Assembly (NCBI RefSeq): GCF_910586915.1
Contig: NZ_CAJULN010000009.1
Span: 3,754 to 67,753, forward strand
Length of the DNA: 64,000 bases
Reading direction: 5' to 3'
Origin: an uncultured Bacteroides sp.
GTDB lineage: Bacteria > Bacteroidota > Bacteroidia > Bacteroidales > Bacteroidaceae
In this document: positions 31,779 to 41,941 of the stretch, one piece after another
How the letters are laid out: the number at the start of each line of letters is the position of its first letter
How positions within the stretch are numbered: position 1 is the first letter of the stretch
Translations under genes and position numbers: made by a program
The notes under the pieces: model-generated
The model's input: only the letters and a program-made list of their open reading frames with translations
Database searches by the model: none
What the model was told of the DNA's origin: nothing

Positions 31779-31905
31779 AATGGACAAGTACAAGTGCAAT
31801 TACACTTGTCCATTCAGTCAGTTATACAGGTGCATTTGGATAACTCATTGGGATGATTTGCCTAACAGATAAGGAAGAAATGACTAACAGATTAGGAAGA
31901 AGTCA
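31779..31905. repeat. Degenerate intergenic element: inverted repeat plus a 22-bp direct repeat
   Basis: AATGGACAAGT...ACTTGTCCATT (31779-31814); CTAACAGATwAGGAAGAA at 31862 and 31884. Confidence 0.55.
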
Positions 31906-32030
31906 TTAAATCTTACGGTTGTTTTCGCCCAATCGACAGCAAGATATGGAGTCATGTTACATATTATCTTTATAAATAAAGCATATTCAAACAAAAAAGT
32001 TATATTTGCAACCTAATCAACAGATACCGA

Positions 32031-34052
32031 ATGAAAAAGCAACTACTATTATTTCTCTTTATCACGTGCTGTACAGTCCGCGCGCAACAATCATTCAGCG
32101 ATTCAATAGCACTGCTTAAGAACAATTATATAAAGGCCACTTTGGGAGAGGATGAAGGAAAGAAGGCTCTTCTCAAACAACTTGCAACCATCCCCCGCGA
32201 ACAGGAAGTGTCCGACCAGAATGTAATCGAGTTGCAACAGCTATATCCCATCTCCTCTCAGGAAATCAAGCATCTCACAAAGGCGCTTTGTGCAGACGGT
32301 TCGTGGAGAGATATCAATTACAAAGACACCAAACGTTCCGGCTGGGAACCCAAAATCCATGCGGAACGAATCTTGAAACTGACCAAGTATTATCACCAAC
32401 AACAGCAACAACTGAAACCCGCCCAGCGCTCCCGACTGACCGACGCCATCCACCGGGCAATGTATTTTTGGTTCAAACAGGAACCGGTATGCCTCAACTG
32501 GTGGTACAACCAAATCGGGATACCACGCACACTTGGACCGGCTTTCTTACTCTTCGAAGGGGAAATGAACGAAGTGGAAAAGCAGGCAGCCGTAAAAGTA
32601 ATGAAGAAGTCGGCTTTCGGAATGACCGGACAGAATAAAGTATGGTTGGCAGGCAATGTACTTATCAGAGCCTTGCTGCAAAACGACTGGAGACTGGCGA
32701 AAGAAGCACGAAACGTTATCACCTCCGAAATACTGCTCGGACAAAAGGAAGGAATCAAGGCCGACTGGAGTTTCCACCAACATGGGGCGCAACAACAATT
32801 CGGCAATTACGGATTGTCCTATCTATGCAATATGAGTTTCTATGCAGAGATGTTTGCCGGCACTTCCCTTGCTTTTTCCAACGAGCATCAGCAAATACTC
32901 ACCTCACTCCTGCTCGACGGCTATCAATGGATTATCTGGAAGGGGTATTGGGATGTAAACGGGCTAAACAGGCAACTATTCCGGAATGCGGATATCGACA
33001 AAGGATTCAGATTGTTTTTTGCAGCATATTCACTCATGAAAAGTTGCGGACCGGAAACTGCCGGGAAAATAGGTAAAATGCTCAACCGGAATTCCATCTC
33101 TTCACAAAGTTCCAATGCATTTGTCGGTAACAAGCATTTCTGGGAGTCGGATTATACCATTCACCGTACTCCGCGATGGATGGCTTCCGTACGGATGGCT
33201 TCCGAACGGGTCATCGGTACGGAACTGGTGAACGAAGATAACCTGAAAGGATATTACATGGCCGACGGCGCATTGTACACTTATGTCCGTGGAGACGAAT
33301 ACCACAACATTTTTCCTTTTTGGGATTGGAGAAAAATCCCCGGAATTACTACCTATGAAAGCAATGTGCCCATCCCAAGTCCCAACAAAACCGATTCACG
33401 TAACCACAGTTACCACGTCGGCGGAGCCACGTATCAGCATACGGGTATCACCGCCATGCAACTGAAACGCAATAAGCTGAAAGCCAACAAAGCGTGGATA
33501 TTTACCGATGATTATGTATTGTGCATGGGGAGCGACATCCATGCTGACAGCGCAGCTACCGTCACTACATCCATCGACCAACGGTTTCATAAAGGCAAGG
33601 TATGGTCTTCCGGCAACAAACGGTTCTTCCACGACAACACTGGATACATCATACTGCAAGCAGACACCTGCATCGCTCTGACCGAACGTAAAGAGGGGCA
33701 ATGGAAAGACTTCATGGGAATGTATAAACCGGCAATCCTAAAAAACAAATTATTCTCCATTTATCTGAAACACCGTAAAGACGTTCCTGCGTCTTACGTC
33801 TATCTGATACTGCCGGGCGCTACACAGGAGGAGGTACGCAACTTCGACCCTCGCTCCATCCGTATTCTACGCAACGACGAAGAAGCCCAGGCGGTGGTTA
33901 TTAATGATTTATGTTATGCAACGGTTTATCATCCCACCGATATAGCAGTGGAGGGCCGCCGCCCGATAACGATACGGGAACCGGGAACTTATATCATTCA
34001 CACGGAAAAGGGGGAGTTCGTTGCCCGGAAACCTTTCATCGGCAAAGAATAA
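32031..34052 (+). CDS. Polysaccharide lyase family 8 (chondroitin/hyaluronate lyase-like)
   Basis: Signal peptide; NWWYNQIG, TGQN, SFHQHG...GNYG and WDWRKIPG motifs. Confidence 0.9.
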   Translation: MKKQLLLFLFITCCTVRAQQSFSDSIALLKNNYIKATLGEDEGKKALLKQLATIPREQEVSDQNVIELQQLYPISSQEIKHLTKALCADGSWRDINYKDTKRSGWEPKIHAERILKLTKYYHQQQQQLKPAQRSRLTDAIHRAMYFWFKQEPVCLNWWYNQIGIPRTLGPAFLLFEGEMNEVEKQAAVKVMKKSAFGMTGQNKVWLAGNVLIRALLQNDWRLAKEARNVITSEILLGQKEGIKADWSFHQHGAQQQFGNYGLSYLCNMSFYAEMFAGTSLAFSNEHQQILTSLLLDGYQWIIWKGYWDVNGLNRQLFRNADIDKGFRLFFAAYSLMKSCGPETAGKIGKMLNRNSISSQSSNAFVGNKHFWESDYTIHRTPRWMASVRMASERVIGTELVNEDNLKGYYMADGALYTYVRGDEYHNIFPFWDWRKIPGITTYESNVPIPSPNKTDSRNHSYHVGGATYQHTGITAMQLKRNKLKANKAWIFTDDYVLCMGSDIHADSAATVTTSIDQRFHKGKVWSSGNKRFFHDNTGYIILQADTCIALTERKEGQWKDFMGMYKPAILKNKLFSIYLKHRKDVPASYVYLILPGATQEEVRNFDPRSIRILRNDEEAQAVVINDLCYATVYHPTDIAVEGRRPITIREPGTYIIHTEKGEFVARKPFIGKE

Positions 34053-34059
34053 GCAAAAA

Positions 34060-34911
34060 TTACAATTCCGACATAACAGCTCTCTCTTCCCACCTTCCGC
34101 CGTGCCACTCCGCTACCGACGTGAAGCCTGCTTTCTTCAAAGCCGCCAAGCCTTCGCGACGGGCATTATTGATTCTTTCGGGATAGTGGGCGTCACTGTT
34201 CACCTGCACGCGGACGCCTAACTCTTTCAGCAAAGTGAAATAACGTTCATTGGGATAGAACGTGCCTAATTCGTGATAAGCCTTCGTATTGATTTCGACA
34301 ATATATCCACGGCGGGCTATCGCCGCGAAATAATCGCGGACCAAAGCGTCGTACCACGGTTCGTCCAGCAATCCGGGACGGTAACAGGAAGCATTGTAAT
34401 GCATCTTGTCCGCATGACCGACAATATCGAATCCGCCCAATTCGACCATGCGAAGCAGGCTCTTGTAATAAAGACGGACAACGGAATTCAAATCGCCGCC
34501 GAAATGCTTGTCTACCAACCCACGGAAAGTATCTGCCGAAGTATCGATATCCACGACAGTCCCTTCCGGAGAATAGAGCATATGCACGGAACCTATCCGG
34601 TAATCGAGCGGCAACTCCCGGAAACGGGGTGAAGCGGGATTGCTCTCTTCGTTCAGATAATCGATTTCAAGACCGATGGCAAGCTCTATCTTATCCGCGT
34701 ATTTCTCTTTGAGGCGGGCGAATTCGGCAAGATAATCTTCCATCCTGTCCCACTCCATTGTCCATGCAGTAGCAAACGGCAACGGGGCATGGGAAGAGAT
34801 ACCATAGGAAGTAAAGCCTTCGTTGATAGCAAAACGGATAAAATCTTCCATGTTGGCACGCCCGTCGCAATAGAGGCAGTGGCTATGATAGTTGGTAAGG
34901 TTTGTCATCAT
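34060..34911 (-). CDS. PHP-family histidinol-phosphatase-like protein
   Basis: NYHSH...CDG, SSHAP, GLEIDY, IGSVH and NSDAH metal motifs. Confidence 0.85.
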   Translation of the reverse strand: MMTNLTNYHSHCLYCDGRANMEDFIRFAINEGFTSYGISSHAPLPFATAWTMEWDRMEDYLAEFARLKEKYADKIELAIGLEIDYLNEESNPASPRFRELPLDYRIGSVHMLYSPEGTVVDIDTSADTFRGLVDKHFGGDLNSVVRLYYKSLLRMVELGGFDIVGHADKMHYNASCYRPGLLDEPWYDALVRDYFAAIARRGYIVEINTKAYHELGTFYPNERYFTLLKELGVRVQVNSDAHYPERINNARREGLAALKKAGFTSVAEWHGGRWEERAVMSEL

Positions 34912-34957
34912 ATCAAGGTTTTGCAATCGGAGTTCTTTGGATGATTCGGTTTGCCGG

Positions 34958-36826
34958 TCAGCCCTCTATTTCGCTGAGTTCGAGCCAGCGCATGGTCTTC
35001 TCGTCAATCAAGTCGTTCACTTCGGGCAGGCGTTTCGACTTCTCGGTCAGCTCGTCAACAGAGAGTGTGCCGCTACAAAGAAGCTCTTCGATTCGGGCTT
35101 TTTCGGCTTCGAGTTCGGCTATCTCCTTTTCCAACTGTTCGAATTCGCGCTTCTCCTTGAAACTCATCTTCCGTTTGTCGTTCAGGCGGACGCGGGCTGT
35201 CTTTTCTTCCTGCGGCTTTTCGGCCTCTTTCTCCTTTTGGGCTTTCGCGTCTTTCCAGTCGCGGTAGTTGCTGTAATTTCCAGGAAAGTCGCGGATGTCT
35301 CCCTGCCCGTTGAATACCATGAGATGGTCTACCACCTTATCCATAAAGTAGCGGTCGTGCGATACGACAATGACACAGCCTTTGAAGTTCTGGAGATACT
35401 CCTCGAGCACGTTCAACGTGATGATGTCGAGGTCGTTGGTAGGCTCGTCCAGTACGAGGAAGTTCGGATTGCGCATCAGGACGGTACACAGGTAAAGACG
35501 ACGGCGCTCGCCCCCACTCAGTTTGTAGACATAGCTATGCTGGGTTTCGGGGGTGAAGAGGAAATGTTGCAGGAATTGCGAAGCGGTCAGTTTCTTTCCG
35601 TTGCCCAATTCGATGACTTCGGCAATGTCTTGCACGACGTCAATCACCTTCATCTGTTCGTCAAACCGGAGTCCGTCTTGCGAGTAATAGCCGAAGCGGA
35701 CTGTTTCACCGATATCCAGCGTGCCACTGTCGGGTTGCACCTGCCCCATGAGTATCTTGATGAAAGTCGATTTTCCGGTTCCGTTGTTTCCTACGATTCC
35801 CATCTTCTCATAGCGGGAGAAGATATAAGAGAAGTCTTCGAGTATTTTCAGGTCGCCGAAGCTCTTGTAGAGGTGGTCGGCTTCGAATATCTTGCTGCCG
35901 ATGTAGGATGCTTTTACTTCCAACTTCACATTGTCATTGCGTATGTGCTGCTTTGCCACCTTCTCCAGTTCGTAGAAAGCCTCTTCGCGGTAGCGCGCTT
36001 TGTGTCCGCGTGCTTGCGGCATCCGGCGCATCCAGTCAAGTTCGGTGCGGTAGAGGTTGTTGGCACGTTCTATTTCTACGGTTTTGGCTTCGATGCGCTC
36101 CTGCCGTTTTTCGAGGTAATAGCTGTAGTTGCCTTTGTACTGGTAGACTTGCCGGTTGTCTATCTCGATGATTTCGGAGCAGACACGGTCGAGGAAGTAG
36201 CGGTCGTGCGTCACCATCAGCAGGCTGACGTTGGTACGGCGCAGGTAGTCCTCAAGCCATTCGGTCATATCGAGGTCGAGGTGGTTGGTAGGCTCGTCAA
36301 GAATGAGAAGTTCGGGTTCGGTAATCAAGGCGTTGGCGAGGGCGACACGTTTCAACTGTCCGCCGGAGAGCTGTTTCACCTGCTGGTCGAAGTTGCGGAT
36401 TTTGAGTTGCGAAAGGATTTGCTTGGCTTTCTGTTCATATTCCCAGGCTTTTTCCTGATCCATACGTGCCAGAAGGTCTTCCAGTCCGGGATGTCCTTCG
36501 GTTTCCATGCAGCGTTCGTACTCCTTTATAAGTTCTACGGTGCTGTTGCCATGATGGAAACAGGCTTCGAGCACGGTCAGTTCTTCGGGATATTGCGGGT
36601 CTTGTTCGAGATAATCCACACGGAGGTCGCGGCGGAAAACGATGCTGCCGCTATCGTAACCCTCTTTTCCGGCGATGATGTTCAATAAGGTGGTTTTCCC
36701 GCTACCGTTCTTCGCTATCAGTCCCACACGCTGGCCTTCGGCAAGGCCGAAAGAGATGTTCTCAAAAAGCACCAGATCGCCGAACGACTTGGTCAGGTTA
36801 TCTATCTGTAAATAAGGTACAGCCAT
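34958..36826 (-). CDS. ABC-F family ATPase (Uup-like)
   Basis: Two ABC cassettes (NGSGKT, NGTGKS, two LSGG, two LDEPTN), no TMs, C-terminal coiled coil. Confidence 0.93.
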   Translation of the reverse strand: MAVPYLQIDNLTKSFGDLVLFENISFGLAEGQRVGLIAKNGSGKTTLLNIIAGKEGYDSGSIVFRRDLRVDYLEQDPQYPEELTVLEACFHHGNSTVELIKEYERCMETEGHPGLEDLLARMDQEKAWEYEQKAKQILSQLKIRNFDQQVKQLSGGQLKRVALANALITEPELLILDEPTNHLDLDMTEWLEDYLRRTNVSLLMVTHDRYFLDRVCSEIIEIDNRQVYQYKGNYSYYLEKRQERIEAKTVEIERANNLYRTELDWMRRMPQARGHKARYREEAFYELEKVAKQHIRNDNVKLEVKASYIGSKIFEADHLYKSFGDLKILEDFSYIFSRYEKMGIVGNNGTGKSTFIKILMGQVQPDSGTLDIGETVRFGYYSQDGLRFDEQMKVIDVVQDIAEVIELGNGKKLTASQFLQHFLFTPETQHSYVYKLSGGERRRLYLCTVLMRNPNFLVLDEPTNDLDIITLNVLEEYLQNFKGCVIVVSHDRYFMDKVVDHLMVFNGQGDIRDFPGNYSNYRDWKDAKAQKEKEAEKPQEEKTARVRLNDKRKMSFKEKREFEQLEKEIAELEAEKARIEELLCSGTLSVDELTEKSKRLPEVNDLIDEKTMRWLELSEIEG

Positions 36827-36829
36827 TTT

Positions 36830-37630
36830 TCAATCCAAACACTTCTTATATTCTTCTACTACGTTGCAAGATTCTCCTGCCTTTATTTTGCTCCAGGCCA
36901 ATTTCATCGGGTCGATGATGCGGCCTTTGTATTGGAGCACAGGGGCTTCACGGTTGCCGTCGACCAATGTTTTCCATTCCATGCCCTCTACTTCGTTGGC
37001 AAGAATCGCGCAGACGGTGAGACCGACAGCCAGCCATTCGTCTCTCTTCTTCAATCCTATCTTGCCACTGTCCACCACTTGTTGAAGTTTCTCAAGGTCT
37101 TCTTCCAGGCCTTGAAAATCTTTCTTCAATTCCTGCTTTACGGTCGATACGACCCACTCGTATCCTTCGTTTATCTGGAATATTTCCGAAAGGCGGACAG
37201 GTATCAGTTCGGCGGGATACTTCTCTCCCTCTTTGCGTATCTCCAAAGTGCCAATGACGTATTCGGCTTCCTGCACGCTTCCGCCTTTGGGGACGGTGAA
37301 GGAGCATTCGAACGCAATGTCGCCGATGCCCGTAATCCATACATGGGAGGTGTAATAGGTTCCTTCTTCCTGAAACATCTCTTTGCTGTATGCACACTCC
37401 AGGGTTCCGACTCTTACCAACGAGGCGGAATCGTTCTCACTCAGTTCTTGGGCGACAGCCTGTTTGCCATAGCCGGCTTTGCCTTTAAATGCGGAAATAC
37501 GAAAGTTGCCCGACCATACATCGGGATTGTAGAAAAGAAAAGAGCCTTCGCCATCTTCAAACTCATTCCAGTCTGATGGATAGTTCATTGAAAACCATGC
37601 TCCGGGAGAGATAAATTTCTTGCCTTGCAT
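36830..37630 (-). CDS. Conserved hypothetical protein (DUF3805/DUF3806-like)
   Basis: KKFISPGAWFSMNYP...GNFRISA N-terminus recalled for this Bacteroidetes family; -7 box TACTTTTG upstream. Confidence 0.7.
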   Translation of the reverse strand: MQGKKFISPGAWFSMNYPSDWNEFEDGEGSFLFYNPDVWSGNFRISAFKGKAGYGKQAVAQELSENDSASLVRVGTLECAYSKEMFQEEGTYYTSHVWITGIGDIAFECSFTVPKGGSVQEAEYVIGTLEIRKEGEKYPAELIPVRLSEIFQINEGYEWVVSTVKQELKKDFQGLEEDLEKLQQVVDSGKIGLKKRDEWLAVGLTVCAILANEVEGMEWKTLVDGNREAPVLQYKGRIIDPMKLAWSKIKAGESCNVVEEYKKCLD

Positions 37631-37690
37631 CCTTTTTCATTAATAATGATTACTTGGCAAAAGTAGTAATTAAATACGAACTACAAAAAT

Positions 37691-37981
37691 TTCACCACAG
37701 AGGACACAGAGTCTCACAGAGTTTTTCTTTGACGATAATGCGCTGTTTGTGCTTGCCGTATGGCCGATTTGCAGTGCATATATGAGCTATTTTCACCGCA
37801 TATATGTCCTACACGTAGCATCTATATATCCTGCGGCCAGCATCCATATGTCCTGCACGCAGCGCATATAGATGCTGTAACCAATTGATTATAAGGTCAA
37901 ATCCACTACCTTTGGCAAATAAAGAAAGATAGCAGACAATCATCAAAAAACTCTGTGAGACTCTGTGTCCTCTGTGGTGAA
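37691..37981. repeat. Element bounded by a perfect 36-bp inverted repeat (REP/MITE-like)
   Basis: TTCACCACAGAGGACACAGAGTCTCACAGAGTTTTT at 37691-37726 and its exact reverse complement at 37946-37981. Confidence 0.9.
37752..37894. repeat. 22-bp-period intergenic repeat module, copy 2
   Basis: CTTGCCGTATGGC lead, five units at 37770-37879, ending CTGTAACCAATTGATT; colinear with copy 1. Confidence 0.85.
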
Positions 37982-37992
37982 TCCCTGTATTA

Positions 37993-39186
37993 TCATTTAC
38001 CTATCGGCTGTATTTTTCGGCGCACCTCTTTGGAAATCTCCAAAAACATATAGTTCAGTTTGCCCGAATGGATGCCTTCTTCATTCTCTTCGTACTTCTT
38101 GTTGGCGTATTGTTTGGATTTCTCGAAGGTGAGCCATGACATTTCGTTCTGCGACTTACCCACCATCGTGGAGTCCAGTTGCTCGTCGGGAAAGAAGTCG
38201 TCGAGGTCGATATCGCCAATCATTGTTGTTTCGAGGAAGTTCTTGCCGGTATGCGAATGGTCTGTGTAGTAGCCTACAAACATATGCCCCGGTGTACGCA
38301 CCAGGATAGGGTCGATATTGATGGCACGAAGCAAGGATGCGAACAACACGCTGCCGTCCACGCAGTTGATTTGCGAGGATTCCAACGCATCGTCGAACGT
38401 ACGGACGCGCTGCGAGAATACGACATTGCTCGAAAGGCTGGTATTGGAGACGGAACTGTAACGGAACTTGCGTTTCTGCAACGCATTCCAAAGAGCATAC
38501 ACCTGCTTGTCTACCGCTCCTTTGACGTTGCTCTGATAACCGAGAAAGCGATTGACAATGCGGGTATTCAACGCTTCGCGGAGCAGGCGGTCAATCATCG
38601 GGTTCTCTTCGTTGACATAGGCGGCAAAGAAGATGCTTGTATCGTGGAAATCAGTCCCGTTGGCCACATACCCCAACAGACATTCGTTGATGCTGCGCAC
38701 GGAGAACGTACGCACGTGCTGCCCCAACTCCTTCCCGTTCACCTCCACCGTGACGGCTACACTTATCGGTTCGGGCTGCACATTGCCTTTCAACGCTTCG
38801 TAATTCCAAATGATGTCCGGATAAACCGTATATTCCGTACGTGGCTTGTTGAGCACAAACTCCGATACGGAACGGGAGAAGAAGGGAGTTTCAGCCACTT
38901 CAATGCGCACACGGCTGTATGCAGTCTGGGATTTCAGCCGGATGGCAATGCACGATTTCGAGTTTCCCAAGTAAGCGGAATCCGAAGGTACAATCACTTG
39001 TGCATCGGTAGTGGCAACGGAGAGGATGGCCGACGGGAAAATGTTTCCACCCAAATCGTCGGTTATCTCAAATCCGCTGCTAAAAGAGGTATATTTAAAG
39101 AGAGACACACCGCCAAGCAGGAGCAGCACTGCAACCACCGCACCTGTCACTTCGCGTTTATGCCGTTTCCAGTCAATTCTTATCAT
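37993..39186 (-). CDS. Membrane-anchored protein with a transglutaminase-like domain
   Basis: N-terminal TM; NCVDGSVLFASLL...PGHMFVG...LETT candidate Cys-His-acid triad. Confidence 0.65.
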   Translation of the reverse strand: MIRIDWKRHKREVTGAVVAVLLLLGGVSLFKYTSFSSGFEITDDLGGNIFPSAILSVATTDAQVIVPSDSAYLGNSKSCIAIRLKSQTAYSRVRIEVAETPFFSRSVSEFVLNKPRTEYTVYPDIIWNYEALKGNVQPEPISVAVTVEVNGKELGQHVRTFSVRSINECLLGYVANGTDFHDTSIFFAAYVNEENPMIDRLLREALNTRIVNRFLGYQSNVKGAVDKQVYALWNALQKRKFRYSSVSNTSLSSNVVFSQRVRTFDDALESSQINCVDGSVLFASLLRAINIDPILVRTPGHMFVGYYTDHSHTGKNFLETTMIGDIDLDDFFPDEQLDSTMVGKSQNEMSWLTFEKSKQYANKKYEENEEGIHSGKLNYMFLEISKEVRRKIQPIGK

Positions 39187-39369
39187 CGCTTGTAGTTTCT
39201 GTAATCAAACATCTGTATCATTTCTCGCTAACAAAGATAACAAATAGCCGCCGTTTTTTCCTCTTACGACCCCTAAAAACTTTCCTATCCCCTTTCAAAG
39301 TCTTTTCATTCTTGCATCGAATCAAATAAAAACGTAACTTTGTCCTATCACATTAACAGATATAGCTAT

Positions 39370-40059
39370 ATGAACGAAAACCGCATTTTAGTTGTCGATG
39401 ACGAAGAGGACCTCTGCGAGATTCTGAAGTTCAACCTTGAGAACGAAGGTTATGAGGTGGATACCGCAAACTCTGCCGAAGAAGCACTGAGAACGGACAT
39501 CGGCAGCTACCATCTGATTCTTCTTGATGTGATGATGGGAGAAATCTCCGGATTCAAAATGGCAAGCATCCTGAAAAAAGACAAAAAGACAGCCAAAGTA
39601 CCCATCATCTTTATCACAGCGAAGGATACCGAGAACGACACTGTGACGGGATTCAACCTGGGAGCCGACGATTATATCTCGAAACCTTTCTCCCTGCGCG
39701 AAGTCATTGCCCGCGTGAAGGCCGTGCTGAGACGTACGACGGCTGCCGACACGGAAAAAGCACCCGAACAGCTTATCTATCAGACGCTCGTCATCGACAT
39801 CACAAAAAAGAAAGCGAGCGTCGACAACCAAGAAGTGTCGTTGACCAAGAAAGAATTTGAAATATTGCTTCTATTGCTACAGAACAAAGGACGCGTCTTT
39901 TCGCGTGAAGACATCCTGGCACGTATATGGAGCGACGAAGTGTATGTACTGGACCGCACCGTCGACGTCAACATCACCCGGCTGCGCAAAAAGATAGGAG
40001 CCTACGGCAAATGCATTGTCACACGCCTCGGATACGGATACTATTTTGAAGCCGAATAA
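39370..40059 (+). CDS. OmpR/PhoB-family response regulator
   Basis: ILVVDD, LDVMM, GADDYISKPF, winged helix RTVDVNITRLRKK. Confidence 0.95.
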   Translation: MNENRILVVDDEEDLCEILKFNLENEGYEVDTANSAEEALRTDIGSYHLILLDVMMGEISGFKMASILKKDKKTAKVPIIFITAKDTENDTVTGFNLGADDYISKPFSLREVIARVKAVLRRTTAADTEKAPEQLIYQTLVIDITKKKASVDNQEVSLTKKEFEILLLLLQNKGRVFSREDILARIWSDEVYVLDRTVDVNITRLRKKIGAYGKCIVTRLGYGYYFEAE

Positions 40060-40069
40060 CCCTTTCATC

Positions 40070-41851
40070 ATGAGACAGCCTGTCAGTCAAAGACATTTTC
40101 TCTCTTTCAGCCGAAAACTGTTCCTTTCGGTCATCTCCTTGTTTTTAGTATTCGTAGTCTGCTTTATCGCCTATCAGTACCAACGCGAACGGGAGTATAA
40201 AATAACACTGCTGCATACCAAATTGCAGGATTACAACAGCCGGCTCTACGAACGGCTGGAGAAGCAACCGCTCGACAACAGAATTATTGACGATTACATC
40301 CACAAGCATATTTTGGAAGACTTGCGCGTTACGCTCATCAACCTGAACGGAAATGTCATCTACGACAGCTATCCGAACCACGACGAGCAGATGGTAAACC
40401 ACCTGAACCGCCCCGAAGTACAGAAAGCGATGAAACGCGGCAACGGATACGACCTGCGCCGCACTTCCGAAACCACCGGAGTCCCCTATTTCTATTCGGC
40501 TACATGCTATAAGGATTATATCCTCCGTTCGGCCTTGCCCTACAACGTCAGGCTTATCAACAACCTGCAAGCAGACTCACATTACCTGTGGTTTACCGTC
40601 ATCGTGACTTTACTACTCATGGCACTTTTCTATAAGTTCACGAATAAGTTGGGCACTTCCATCAGCCAGCTCCGCGAATTTGCCATGCGCGCCGACCGGA
40701 ACGAACCTATCGAGATGGAGATGCAGTCAGCTTTTCCGCACAACGAATTAGGAGAAATATCACAGCATATTATCCAAATCTACAAACGGCTGCACAAAAC
40801 GAAAGAAGCTCTCTACATCGAACGCGAGAAGCTGATTACCCATCTTCAAATTTCGCACGAAGGGCTGGGCGTCTTTACAAAAGATAAAAAGGAGATTCTT
40901 GTCAATAACCTCTTCACCCAATACAGTAACCTGATTTCAGACACCAACCTGGAAACGACGGAAGAGGTCTTTGCCATCAGCGAACTGAAAGAGATTATAC
41001 AGTTCATCAACAAAAACCGGGAACAGCGTTCGAGAGAAAAGAATGAACAGCGGATGTCTGTCACCATCCACAAGAACGGGCGTACGTTTATCGTGGAATG
41101 TATCATCTTTCAGGATGCGAGCTTTGAGATTTCAATCAACGATGTCACCCAGGAAGAAGAACAGATGAATCTGAAACGGCAGTTGACACAAAACATCGCA
41201 CATGAGTTGAAAACACCGGTCAGCAGTATCCAGGGGTATCTGGAGACAATCGTCAACAATAAAAACATACCACGCGAAAAGAGTGACGTGTTTATCGAAC
41301 GCTGTTATGCGCAAAGCAACCGGTTGAGCAGGCTGTTGCGTGATATCTCCGTACTTACCCGCATGGACGAGGCTGCCAATCTGATTGATATGGAGCAGGT
41401 GGATATCAGTGTATTGGTGGAAAACATCATCAATGAGGTTGCACTGGAACTGGACGAGAAACATATCGCGGTGGTCAATTCCTTGAAGAAGAACATACAG
41501 GTGAAAGGAAACTATTCTCTGCTTTATTCCATCTTCCGCAATCTGACGGATAATACCATTGCGTATGCCGGAACGAATATTGAGATTCACATCCATTGTT
41601 TCCGCGAAGACGAGGCTTTCTATTATTTCAGCTTTGCCGATACGGGAGTGGGTGTATCTCCCGAACATCTGAACCGTCTCTTCGAACGTTTTTACCGGGT
41701 AGACAAAGGGCGTTCGCGAAAGTTAGGCGGAACAGGACTGGGGTTGGCCATTGTGAAGAATGCGGTAATTATTCATGGAGGCAGCATTTCCGCCAAGAAT
41801 TACCAGGGCGGTGGACTTGAGTTTGTATTTACATTGGCAAAGGAGAGGTAA
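40070..41851 (+). CDS. Sensor histidine kinase (PhoR-like)
   Basis: Two TMs around a sensor domain; AHELKTP, FERFYRVDKGRSR and GGTGLGLAIVK motifs. Confidence 0.93.
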   Translation: MRQPVSQRHFLSFSRKLFLSVISLFLVFVVCFIAYQYQREREYKITLLHTKLQDYNSRLYERLEKQPLDNRIIDDYIHKHILEDLRVTLINLNGNVIYDSYPNHDEQMVNHLNRPEVQKAMKRGNGYDLRRTSETTGVPYFYSATCYKDYILRSALPYNVRLINNLQADSHYLWFTVIVTLLLMALFYKFTNKLGTSISQLREFAMRADRNEPIEMEMQSAFPHNELGEISQHIIQIYKRLHKTKEALYIEREKLITHLQISHEGLGVFTKDKKEILVNNLFTQYSNLISDTNLETTEEVFAISELKEIIQFINKNREQRSREKNEQRMSVTIHKNGRTFIVECIIFQDASFEISINDVTQEEEQMNLKRQLTQNIAHELKTPVSSIQGYLETIVNNKNIPREKSDVFIERCYAQSNRLSRLLRDISVLTRMDEAANLIDMEQVDISVLVENIINEVALELDEKHIAVVNSLKKNIQVKGNYSLLYSIFRNLTDNTIAYAGTNIEIHIHCFREDEAFYYFSFADTGVGVSPEHLNRLFERFYRVDKGRSRKLGGTGLGLAIVKNAVIIHGGSISAKNYQGGGLEFVFTLAKER

Positions 41852-41941
41852 AATTCGTCTAAAAACAAGGTTCTTTGAAAAGAAGGTCTTATCTTTGCCG
41901 TCTATGTAATTCATAGAAGTTCAATCTAATAACGTTCCATT

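Noticed and set aside
34892..36688. 598-aa + strand ORF, and similar long antisense ORFs (19860-20915, 21412-22479, 38179-39195, 50812-51897)
   Set aside because: They lie antisense to well-supported genes and have no recognisable motifs; typical shadow ORFs caused by codon bias.
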